Notes: generated by a model from the sequence alone, not told the origin. A stretch of DNA of 33,422 bases from Thermodesulfobacteriota bacterium (GCA_040755455.1 JBFMAY010000045.1:1-33422), one strand, 5' to 3'. Counted from the first letter of the stretch, positions 19,832-28,744 are shown. Numbers and translations: made by a program.

Positions 19832-21382
19832 ATGACGATTTGCCTGCGCCTGATCTCTATAATTTTCCTCCTTTTTTTCCCCGCATCCCTCTTTGCCGCG
19901 ACGGCAACAGGGGAAATCACCCTTTTTTACAGCAATGATGTGCGTGGCGCAACCGAACCCTGTGGCTGAAAGGCGAAGCAACAGGGCGGTCTGTCCAAAA
20001 GAAAAACCTTGTTTCAGCAACTAGCGGTCAAAAAGGACCTGGCTCTGTTTCTTGACGCAGGCGCACTGCTGTTTGACAAAAGCATACTTCCCCCGGGCCG
20101 CCATCTGAACCTGGCCCAAATAAATGCCGAGGGTATAGTGGAGGCCTATAATGTCCTTGGCTACGAGGCTGTTGGCATTTCCAGAATCGATCTTGCCGCC
20201 GGGGTGGACTTCTTAATGGGATTACAGAAAAAATCAAACTTCACCTGGCTCAGCGCCAACCTCGTCGATGGTAAAAACAGCAGACCCCTTTTCTCCCCCT
20301 TTATCATTAAGAAAAAGAGAGGACTACGCATAGCCGTTCTCGGCCTCACAGGAAGCGGCGCGGCCAATGAACCGCAGGAGCGCAAGAACTATCTCATCCT
20401 GCCCTGGCAGGATTTGTTACCAAAATTCATGGAAGAAATCAGCTCACAGGCCGATTTCGTCATCTTGCTATCCAGTTTGTCCCCCCTGGAAAACGAACAG
20501 ATCAGCCAGCAATTTCCGAATATCAATATCATTATTCAGGCAGGGGTGTACTCCCATAATCAGAATCCTGTCCTGGCAAACAACACCTTGATCTCCCAGA
20601 CTGAAAAAAAGGGTAAATACATAGGTCAATTACGAATCAACTGGAAAAGAACCGGCACGTGGACAGATGAAGCAACAGATGCGATCCTCAGGAAGAGACA
20701 AGAACTCGACCGGTTGGTGTGGCAAATAAAAATGGTGGAAAATCAAGGTGATCCGCAAATTGTTCACAAGGACAGTCCCGCGACTTTACAGTCCTATTAT
20801 AAACTTGTTGAACGAATGAAAACCGTTGAAAAGGAAATCAGCGACGCGCAGCAGAAGGTCAATCAGCCACAGGAGAACTCAACCTTTAATAATACTTTTT
20901 TAGCGCTAACGTCCACTCTTGCCGATGACCCGGCAATAGAGGAAATCATTAACAAGACGAGGACAAAAATTAATGCCTTTGGCAGAAGCTCAGGCAACGA
21001 TATCACCATGAGTGATTATGTGGGCAGTCAGGCCTGCATGAAATGCCATGATGAAATAGGCGAGCGCTGGCAACTGACCCCCCATGCCCATGCTTATGAA
21101 ACACTGGCCCAAAAAAACCAGCAGTTCAATCTCAAATGTCTTCCGTGCCACGTAACAGGCGTTTCAATTCTCGACAAAGAACCATCCTTAGCTCTATCGC
21201 TCCCTGACTCTCTGCGCAACGTCGGCTGTGAAACCTGTCATGGACCGGGCATGGCCCATACGGTAAATCCCGAAGAGGAAAAGCTGAACGACTCTCCCGA
21301 TGCCTACCTCTGTCTCCAATGCCATAGCACTGAGCATGATGATGCATTTCATTTCGTGCAAGACCGTAAACTCGTTCATTGA
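19832..21382 (+). CDS. Putative selenoprotein (Sec at codon 46): signal peptide, UshA/5'-nucleotidase-like domain with CGU motif, C-terminal tetraheme cytochrome c (c554-like)
   Basis: ATG 19832 is in frame with ORF 20009-21382 and reads MTICLRLISIIFLLFFPASLFA-ATATGEITLFYSNDVRGATEPCG[TGA 19967-19969]KAKQQGGLSKR...FLDAG. Four CxxCH motifs start at 21035, 21137, 21227 and 21311. 516 aa with readthrough. Confidence 0.88.
19981..19994 (+). promoter_or_regulatory. Candidate bacterial SECIS hairpin
   Basis: ACAGG-GCGG-TCTGT stem-loop begins after an 11-nt gap from the TGA, has a G-rich apical loop and ends in GGUCUG, as in the E. coli fdhF SECIS. Confidence 0.7.
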
Positions 21383-21446
21383 CGATAAGGCAAAGGGAAA
21401 AATCTATCAGCTGAAGAGAACCTGTATAAACAACAGGAGTTTTGTC

Positions 21447-21923
21447 ATGAGCGAATATCAGCGTATTCTGGTCGTGGTCACAATGATCCAGTCATGCAGA
21501 AAAGCCATTCAATACGGGGTTTCTCTTGCCCGGAAATACAGGGCCAAACTGTATGTGATTCATTCCATCCATAATCCCTTCGGTCTCAAGGGCTGGGGGC
21601 TGGGCACCCGAGCCCTGGCCGTTGAGTATGAGAAGAGTATTGCCGATGCCAGGCGGAAGTTGGCTGACCTGGTCGAGGACGAGCGAACACAGGGCATGTT
21701 CATACAGGAATTGGTCCGGGAAGGCGAACCCACCAAAGAGATCCTGAAAACCATTGAGGAGGAAAAAATTGACCTGCTGGTCATGCTTGCCCACGAAGAG
21801 GGTCATGTGGAACACTTGCTTTTCGGTCGCAGCACCGAGGAGCTGGTCAGGAAGATGCCCTGTTCGATCATGCTGGTGAAAAAGGAGCCCGAGTCTATTG
21901 GCGATGGCAAGGAGGAAGAGTAG
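21447..21923 (+). CDS. Universal stress protein (UspA family)
   Basis: AGGAG RBS before ATG 21447. Motifs YQRILV, LYVIH, EGEP..EIL, DLLVM and LFGRSTEELVRKMPCSIMLV. Confidence 0.92.
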   Translation: MSEYQRILVVVTMIQSCRKAIQYGVSLARKYRAKLYVIHSIHNPFGLKGWGLGTRALAVEYEKSIADARRKLADLVEDERTQGMFIQELVREGEPTKEILKTIEEEKIDLLVMLAHEEGHVEHLLFGRSTEELVRKMPCSIMLVKKEPESIGDGKEEE

Positions 21924-22261
21924 GAGAGATGGTTGGTGACAGTAATCTGAGAGGAGCCGCCATTTCGAGGCGTAAATCACCCTGTTCCTCTTTCTCAGTG
22001 ATCTGGCCGCCGCATGTAAAGCCTGTCTATTCCGCAAACACAGAGCCCTGCCATGGCCGTGGGAGGCCTAGCTGAAAAAGAAAATTCCAGCGGTAATGGC
22101 ATCGTCAAGTTACGCCTCGCGCTGCATGTATTTCCCTTGCAATTTTTTGCAGCATGAAATAATAATTGTCTATCCCTTTTCCCAAAATCCGTGCTCCATG
22201 AAGGGGCCCGCCTTTCCCTCAGGTTGTGAATTCTTAACCAATAAGCAAAGGAGTGAAAGAG

Positions 22262-24313
22262 ATGCCTGTCCTGCCTGATTTCTTGCAAGCAAAACGTCCC
22301 GACACCCTGACATCTGCCAGGGAAATTTTAAACGCGGTCCGGCGCGACGGGCACGCCTATTTCCAGTCCCCCATTGACTGGCGGGATGAGGTCCTCTACT
22401 TCCTGTTGCCTGACCGGTTCAGCGACGGCAAGGAGCAGGGCCGGCAACTCCTGACCCGCGAGGAGATTGCCGGACTGCGCCGGAGTCCGGCCCGAAGCAA
22501 CTGGAATTGGCAGAACTGGGCCCGTTCAGGCTCGCGATGGCAGGGGGGGACAATCCGGGGAATTACCGGCAAACTCCCCTATTTGCGGGAGTTGGGCGTG
22601 ACGTCAATCTGGGTGGGGCCGCTGTTTAAACAGCGAACCCGGCTCGATACCTATCACGGTTACGGTATCCAGGACTTTCTCGATATCGATCCGCGCTTCG
22701 GATCCCGGGCCGACCTGTTTAATCTGGTCAAGGCGGCCCATGATCTTGATCTGCGCATCATCCTTGACATCATCATCAATCATTCGGGTGATAATTGGGG
22801 GTATGTCGAACCGGGCAAAGATCTTGCTACGGCCGGGAACCAGCCCCCATATCTCCCGTGGCCGAACTACTACGGCAATCCTTTTGATGACAGTTTGGCA
22901 AAATGGCGGGGTGCCTGGCGGGACAAGGAGGGGAAAGGATTCACCACCGATGGTTCGCAGCTGACCGATGGTGACGACGGAGTCTGGCCCCGTGAGCTGC
23001 AGAATTTTTCCCGCTACACCAGGGCCGGCTCCGGGGACCTTGGCGCCGGAGCAATCGAGGAGCCCCATGCCGAGCATAAAAGAACCGATTTTCTGACGCT
23101 CAAGGACTTTGCCCTGGACGTCGGGGCAACTCTGTCATTTCTTTCCGATTGCTTTAAATACTGGATCGCCATATCGGACTGCGACGGCTTCCGCATTGAT
23201 ACGGTCAAACACATGGCCCTGGATGAAGCGAGAAATTTCTGCGGCTCGATCAGGGAATTTGCCGACACCCTGGGTAAACGGAATTTCTTTCTGGTCGGCG
23301 AGATCGCCGGTGGCGACTATTACCAGGATTTCTACATTGACCGCCTCGGCTTGTCGCGGCGCAATATGAGTGCCGCCCTCGATATCGGCCCAGCCCGGCT
23401 TAATCTGCGCAATATCGGCAAAGGGCTTCAGGACCCGGGGGCATACTTTGACGGCTTTGCGGAAACGGATGAGGGTTTCGGATCGCACCGCACCCTTGGC
23501 GACAGGCATGTATCGGTGCTGGATGACCATGACCATGTCTTCGGCGGCAAGACGCGCTTCTCCGCCGATATTCCTGACGATTCACCGGTCAAGGATTACC
23601 AGGTTGTCGCCCCGACGGCGATCCAGCTGTTCACTCTGGGCGTATCATGCATCTATTATGGTACGGAACAGGCCTTTGCCGGTCCAGCCCATTCCCAGCT
23701 CCCCTATCTGTTGGGCGAAGGATGGGGCAGCAATGACCGTTTTCTGCGGGAAAGCATGTTCGGCCCTGAACACCCCCGCGCGTCCCACCATCAGGATATT
23801 GAAACGCAACTGCAAACCGTGGATCAGGAGCTGCCGGGATTCGGTCCCTTTGGCACCGCCGGCAAACACTGCTTCGATCAGGCGTGTCCCGCCTATGTGC
23901 GCATTGCCCACCTGGGTAAAGTCCGTTCGTCTCACCCTGTTTTGCGCGTCGGCCGCCAGTACCGTCGTCAGACGCGGCTGCCGGGAACCGGTTTCGTCTT
24001 CCAGCCCCAGGGAGAACTGATTGCCTGGTCCCGCATACTTGATAATTTTGAAGCCGTCTGCGTAGTTAATCCCAACGGCATCGCCTCCCGGGGTGGCGAT
24101 GTTATCGTGGCAGGCGAACTGAGCGCACCCGGCGACCGGTATACGGTGGTGGCCAATACGGCCCATGCTGCAGCCGCCGGCGGGTACAGCGGCAGTCATC
24201 CCGTCGGTTCGACGCTGACCGTGGCCGGCGGCACTGCTACCCACGAACCGCTCTACCTGGCAGTACGGGATGTGCAGCCGGCAGAGGTCGTCATATTTGT
24301 TAAAAATATCTGA
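22262..24313 (+). CDS. GH13 alpha-amylase family glycoside hydrolase
   Basis: Motifs YFLLPDRF, GG..RGI..KL.YL..LGVT.IW, YHGY, DIIINH, DGFRIDTVKH, GEI, DDHD and IYYGTEQ. No signal peptide. AAGGAG RBS upstream. Confidence 0.92.
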   Translation: MPVLPDFLQAKRPDTLTSAREILNAVRRDGHAYFQSPIDWRDEVLYFLLPDRFSDGKEQGRQLLTREEIAGLRRSPARSNWNWQNWARSGSRWQGGTIRGITGKLPYLRELGVTSIWVGPLFKQRTRLDTYHGYGIQDFLDIDPRFGSRADLFNLVKAAHDLDLRIILDIIINHSGDNWGYVEPGKDLATAGNQPPYLPWPNYYGNPFDDSLAKWRGAWRDKEGKGFTTDGSQLTDGDDGVWPRELQNFSRYTRAGSGDLGAGAIEEPHAEHKRTDFLTLKDFALDVGATLSFLSDCFKYWIAISDCDGFRIDTVKHMALDEARNFCGSIREFADTLGKRNFFLVGEIAGGDYYQDFYIDRLGLSRRNMSAALDIGPARLNLRNIGKGLQDPGAYFDGFAETDEGFGSHRTLGDRHVSVLDDHDHVFGGKTRFSADIPDDSPVKDYQVVAPTAIQLFTLGVSCIYYGTEQAFAGPAHSQLPYLLGEGWGSNDRFLRESMFGPEHPRASHHQDIETQLQTVDQELPGFGPFGTAGKHCFDQACPAYVRIAHLGKVRSSHPVLRVGRQYRRQTRLPGTGFVFQPQGELIAWSRILDNFEAVCVVNPNGIASRGGDVIVAGELSAPGDRYTVVANTAHAAAAGGYSGSHPVGSTLTVAGGTATHEPLYLAVRDVQPAEVVIFVKNI

Positions 24314-24439
24314 CAAAAATGACAGCCGGGTAACAAGGCGGAATTGCGCATAGAGGGCATGGGGCAACGCAAGGCCAATCGGTAAATGGCCTGCCGACAA
24401 CTTTCGCCTGTACGCTGAAACAGCTGCGTACCGCCAAAA

Positions 24440-25009
24440 AGCGGAGGCGTTGTATGCCATGCTGGAACAGGAGGTCGTCCCGGCTTTCTACAACCGTGAT
24501 GAACGCGGCATACCCACGGCCTGGGTGGCGCGGATGAGGGAAAGCATGGCCCGGTTGACGACCAGATTTTCCTGCAATCGCATGGCACGGGAGTATATTG
24601 ATGATTGCTACCTGCCTGCAGCCGAGGCATATCGGCGCAGGGCGGTAGACCATACCAGCCTGGCGGTTGACCTGGAAAAATGGCACAATGCCCTGGCCAT
24701 TATCTGGCCATATCTGCTGTCCCATGAATCTGCCGGGAATATTCTCCTGCGCGTCGATGTGCACCTCATCTGGACTGGAGCCGGAAAGGGTGCATGTTGA
24801 GCTGTATGCCGAGCCTTCAGGTGAGGGCGGCAGTCCGGAACGTATCAGCATGGCCCGTGGCGACAAACTCTCGCCCGCTCTGAGGACGGTTACCTCTATC
24901 AGGCCGCCCTCCCGGGAGGGCGGCCGGGACTATACCCCGAGGTTGCTTCCCTGTCACCCCTGAGGCTAGGATACCACTGGAGGCCAACTTTATTCTCTGG
25001 TATTCATAA
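24440..25009 (+). pseudogene. glgP: C-terminal remnant of alpha-glucan (glycogen) phosphorylase
   Basis: Pieces AEALYAMLEQEVVPAFYNRDERGIPTAWVARMRESM...RMAREY, VHVELYA, YTPRLLP and IPLEANFILW lie in different frames. The large N-terminal part is missing. Confidence 0.8.
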
Positions 25010-25138
25010 CAGCAAACAGCACATCGTGTTTTTAACCATCATCATCAATCCCACAAAATCGCGGCTTTCCCCTTGTGTTTATTGGCAAGCCTGAGGTTGC
25101 ATAAGTTCCTCAAAGGAGGTGCTGGCAATGACCCGATC

Positions 25139-25410
25139 ACCCGCACGGAACAGGGGGATCTGTGACTGGCGCTCTATGCCGGACATGGCGAATTTCCCCG
25201 CATCATTCTCGCCCCGTCTCGCTGCAGAGTGCTTTTAATTTAAGCCGCAAAGCCTTTGACCTTGCCGACCGCTATCGGGTGCCGGTATTCTTCTGACTGA
25301 TCAGTACCTGGTTGACACCTATTACAATACCGTCCCTTTGCTTTAGAAGCCAAGGGAATTAACCATTCCATCGTGGAGGCGGCCGAGGATTACCGAAGGT
25401 ACCAGCTCCC
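25139..25410 (+). pseudogene. Internal remnant of 2-oxoacid:ferredoxin oxidoreductase alpha subunit
   Basis: TRTEQGDL*LALYAGHGEFPRIILAP, AFDLADRYRVPVF and LTDQYLVD are separated by stops and frameshifts. Confidence 0.8.
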
Positions 25411-26079
25411 GGCCGGGCCCTTCCCTCGGTCACGCTGATAAAGGCGGTTAATCCGAAGCTTACAGTTATTATTACCAGCCAGCGGCGACGGCGACATGTA
25501 CGGTGAGGGCGGCAACCATTCCATCCACGCCATCCGCCGCAATCCTGATCTCACCGTCATTGTGCATACAACATGGTTTACGGTTTAACCAAGGGACAGG
25601 CCTCTCCCACCAGCCAGCTGGGATTTGTCACGCCAATCCAGGTCGATGGCGTTGTTGCAGAGCCTTTCAATCCCCTGGCGGTCGCGGTGGCGCTGAATGG
25701 CTCTTTTGTCGCCCGGACTTCCATTCATGACATGAAGCTTACCCAGAAGATATTTGCCCAGGCCATCCAGCATAAAGGCTTTGCCCTGGTGGATACCTTC
25801 ACCCCCTGCGTTTCCTTTAACAACACCAACACGCGGCAATGGTATCAGGAGCATACCTATATTGTGGATGACAACCATGACCCGCGGGATAGAACAGCCG
25901 CCTTTCAAAAGGCGGTTGAGACGGAGCCCTGGCCGTTGGGCGTCATTTACACCAGTCCGCCCAAGAAGCCGAGCTTTGCAGAGAATTTCTCTGTCTACAA
26001 AGGCGATAAGCAGCCGCTCATCGACCGGAAAGTCCAGTGGGAAAGGCTTGCGGCCTTGGTTGACGGCATGAAAGGGTAG
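25411..26079 (+). pseudogene. 5'-truncated, frameshifted 2-oxoacid:ferredoxin oxidoreductase beta subunit
   Basis: [43 protein letters not shown] and [14 protein letters not shown]...PCVSFN are joined across frameshifts. The TPP-binding GDG...NN motif is split. Confidence 0.85.
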
Positions 26080-26101
26080 ATTGGCGCTGTTGTGTGGTAT
26101 G

Positions 26102-26698
26102 CTACCACTCTTCCATGGGCCTGCCTTTTTCAACCATGCCGCTGATCAACGCAACATTTCTTGCAGAGAGATCGACTTGATGTTCAATCATCTGATAGAG
26201 CTGATCATCTTGGCCGAGCAGATCGTCCGCTTTTTTTAGAATTTTTTGCCCATGCCTCAAGTAGTCCTGCATTTCCTGCAGTAAAATTTTTCTCTGCTCA
26301 TGCTTTTTCAGCTCTGATTCAATCACCGGCAACAGCCGTCTTATGGAAAACTCGACAAGCACATCCCGGGGAATTCTCTGCTGCCGGGCGATATAATCAA
26401 GGGCAACCAGGGAGTTTCTGCTGATGACAAAGGTCTTTTGCCGCCGCTCGGTATCGCCCGGCGAGTAATGCTGCGCCTCCTGGGCGATGCGCCCCAGCAC
26501 CGACATGTCCTCCACCAGCTGATCAAAGAGCGATTTCTGTTTGATGCCCAGTTGCGCGGCAATGACACTGAGCAGCTCAATAGCCTGCCTGGGCAGTCTG
26601 AAGGTTGCCCTGACGGACTGTCTGCCTTTCAGGTCATCGATCGACACTTCAAGATTATTGTTGTTGATGTTCACGGCACCCCGTTTTTTCTGCGTCAT
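26102..26698 (-). CDS. Hypothetical protein with two ribbon-helix-helix-like repeats and a coiled-coil C-terminus
   Basis: GGAG RBS. Repeats RATFRLPRQAIELLSVIAAQLGIKQKSLFDQLV and QKTFVISRNSLVALDYIARQQRIPRDVLVEFSI follow a strand-helix-turn-helix pattern. Confidence 0.65.
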   Translation of the reverse strand: MTQKKRGAVNINNNNLEVSIDDLKGRQSVRATFRLPRQAIELLSVIAAQLGIKQKSLFDQLVEDMSVLGRIAQEAQHYSPGDTERRQKTFVISRNSLVALDYIARQQRIPRDVLVEFSIRRLLPVIESELKKHEQRKILLQEMQDYLRHGQKILKKADDLLGQDDQLYQMIEHQVDLSARNVALISGMVEKGRPMEEW

Positions 26699-26733
26699 GG
26701 CTTCTCTCCATGGCTATATACATAAAGGTGTTC

Positions 26734-26830
26734 TATTACTTTGTCAATATATATATTAAAAGTAATAAATAATAAAATTTAAAAAAAATCATAGAACGAT
26801 ATTGACAATTGTCCCAGCGTAATTAATTTT
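26734..26830. promoter_or_regulatory. Divergent promoter region with back-to-back TTGACA boxes and inverted repeats
   Basis: TTGTCAATAT (26741-26750) with ATATTGACAA (26799-26808); TATTACTTT (26734-26742) with AAAGTAATA (26759-26767); palindrome GACAATTGTC (26804-26813). Confidence 0.6.
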
Positions 26831-26977
26831 TGATGCAAAAGAAATGATGAGTTCGTAAACAGGCGTTCAGTAATGGCTGACATCATTTGCAGCGGATGTT
26901 CCAGACTGGCTGCTGGCCCAGGAAACGGCCTTTTACGAAACAGGAGGACAATTCAATTACTAAAAAGGAGGAAGGAT

Positions 26978-27424
26978 ATGTGGACACGAGTAAGCGATTT
27001 TGACCGGATGTTTGGCGCCATGGATCTGCTTCGCTCGCGGATGAACAGATTGTTCACGGATTTCGACAGAGCATACGGCACTGACTATGGCTGGGTGGTT
27101 GCCGAGGGAACTCCTCGCACCAATCTCTATGACGCCGGTAATCATTTTGAAATCAAGGCAGAGGTTCCCGGCATGACGAAGGACGACCTCAACCTCAGGA
27201 TTCAGGGAAATTATCTTGAAATCAGCGGCACCCGCAAAGCGGATGCCCCGGAAGGCTATAAAGCCCATCGGGTTGAACGGGGGGCGGCCTCTTTCACCCG
27301 CAGCTTTACCTTGCCGGCGGATGTGGATACGGAAAAAGTCGAGGCCTCCCTGAAAGACGGCATTCTCACCCTGACTTTGCCGAAAGCCGAGGCCGCTAAA
27401 CCAAAACAGATAACGATCAACTAA
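26978..27424 (+). CDS. Hsp20/alpha-crystallin small heat shock protein
   Basis: AGGAGG RBS and ATG 26978. Motifs P.TNLYD, AEVPG, ISG.R, HRVERG..SFTRSFTLP and ASLKDGILTLTLPK. Confidence 0.95.
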   Translation: MWTRVSDFDRMFGAMDLLRSRMNRLFTDFDRAYGTDYGWVVAEGTPRTNLYDAGNHFEIKAEVPGMTKDDLNLRIQGNYLEISGTRKADAPEGYKAHRVERGAASFTRSFTLPADVDTEKVEASLKDGILTLTLPKAEAAKPKQITIN

Positions 27425-27473
27425 CGAAACCTTTGGTGCGCCAAAGAGGAAAAGCCTTTAAGGGAGGTTCCCC

Positions 27474-27860
27474 ATGAGTGATAAAGCAGAACTTGTCAAG
27501 AGAGAAGAAACAACCCCTGAGCGCAGCCGCCAGATGCCCGCCGTTTCTCCGGTGGTGGACATTTATGAGAACAGCGATGAGATTCTCCTGTATGCCGACA
27601 TGCCGGGGGTGGCAAAAGACGACATAACGGTCAATGTTGACAATGGCAAACTGACGATAAGCGGGGTTAGAAAGCTTGCCGCCGCAGGCGCAGCCAACTG
27701 GGCTGAATTCGGCGATGTGGAATACAGCAGGATTTTTTCCGTGCCCCAGGCGATTGATGTAGCCAAGGTCAATGCCGAGCTGCGGGATGGTGTGCTGAAA
27801 CTCCATCTGCCGAAGTCGGAAGCAGCCAAACCGCGGCAGATTGAAATCAAAGCGGCATAA
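27474..27860 (+). CDS. Hsp20/alpha-crystallin small heat shock protein
   Basis: GGAGG RBS. Motifs PVVDIYE, ADMPGV and AELRDGVLKLHLPK. Confidence 0.95.
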   Translation: MSDKAELVKREETTPERSRQMPAVSPVVDIYENSDEILLYADMPGVAKDDITVNVDNGKLTISGVRKLAAAGAANWAEFGDVEYSRIFSVPQAIDVAKVNAELRDGVLKLHLPKSEAAKPRQIEIKAA

Positions 27861-27921
27861 GAAATCTGCATTGATAGCTTTGCTGCCAGGGACATAATCT
27901 GCAGAGAAAAAAGAGGTGAAG

Positions 27922-27963
27922 GAAGCGGGAAATCGTCCCTGGGCGGTTTTCCGCTTCTTTTTT
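27922..27963 (+). terminator. Rho-independent terminator of the hsp20 pair
   Basis: GAAGCGGGAAATCGTCC pairs with GGGCGGTTTTCCGCTTC (some G-U pairs), followed by a T run. Confidence 0.75.
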
Positions 27964-27984
27964 GCCTGCTGCCTGGTAAACAAG

Positions 27985-28017
27985 AAAAAAGCCCTTAGCC
28001 GGATAACAGCTAAGGGC
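27985..28017 (-). terminator. Terminator downstream of the tRNA-Lys 3' end
   Basis: GCCCTTAGC/GCTAAGGGC stem followed by T6 on the minus strand. Confidence 0.7.
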
Positions 28018-28030
28018 GTCGAAATATGCT

Positions 28031-28078
28031 TGGTGGGCCGTCCCGGGATCGAACCGGGGACCTGCTGATTAAGAGTCA
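28031..28078 (-). mobile_element. att site: 3' 48 nt of tRNA-Lys(CTT) without the 5' half
   Basis: Minus strand TGACT-CTT-AATCAGCAGGTCCCCGGTTCGATCCCGGGACGGCCCACCA contains the anticodon loop, T arm and CCA. The upstream sequence gives no D arm or acceptor 5' strand. Confidence 0.88.
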
Positions 28079-28549
28079 TTATCTTCCGGGCTTCACAAAC
28101 CTCATCAGGTTGGCAAAATGCTGAAATTACAGAAATTAAAATTTCTATATTTTGGTAGGGAATTCATGCTTTGGCAGATTTTGGATATATTTTCACACAC
28201 AGATCCACACACGGAGACGTGATTTTTGAAATATTTGGTGAGTGAGTGTGGCGGGGTCCCCTAAGCCACTTGGACGATCTACCCATTTTTACGGTATGTC
28301 ATTGAAGGGAAATTGTCTTATCGCCAAAAACCTCATATCATCAACATCCTATCCGCATCACGCCCATTCATGTCACATCGTCATCCTCTTCCCTGCTGCA
28401 GAGCCTCTCACCCTCTCAATCTATAAAAAAATGGGCGAAAAAGCCGAAAAAGTCCCTGGAAAGTCGCCTGAAAATCAAAGAGTTGGACGATTCGGACGGT
28501 CTGGACGGTAAAATAACGCTACTGTAACGCCACACCCCTCAAATCGCTC

Positions 28550-28744
28550 TTACCCGTTCACCTCATCACCCAGTTTCTTTCCTGCTTTGAACTTGACCAC
28601 CGTTTTAGCCGGGATCTTGATGGCTTTACCAGACTGAGGATTTCTGCCGACACGAGCTGACCGCTTGCTTGTTGAGAAGGTACCAAAGCCAACGAGCGTT
28701 ACATTCTCGCCTTTCTGCAATGAGTCGGTAATGGCTTCCAGCAT
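28550..28744 (-). pseudogene. HU DNA-binding protein remnant lacking the N-terminal helices
   Basis: VTLVGFGTF...R.GRNPQSG..IKIPA...KFKAGK.L is the HU signature. Only 64 aa remain, and the nearby upstream ATGs are out of frame. Confidence 0.8.

Noticed and set aside
20009..21382. ORF-track start (TTG) for the cytochrome/UshA-like gene
   Set aside because: It would lack a signal peptide, which heme c attachment needs, and the first fold motif. The upstream in-frame extension through TGA supplies both.
25163..25165. In-frame TGA in the oxidoreductase alpha remnant as a second selenocysteine
   Set aside because: It is not in a Cys-type motif and is surrounded by frameshifts and deletions, so it is ordinary pseudogene decay.
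27417..28079. 220-aa minus-strand ORF across hsp20 and the att site
   Set aside because: It runs antisense to hsp20 and through terminators and the tRNA fragment, so it is spurious.
28031..28106. Complete functional tRNA-Lys gene
   Set aside because: The 5' acceptor strand and D arm are absent, so only the 3' 48 nt match.
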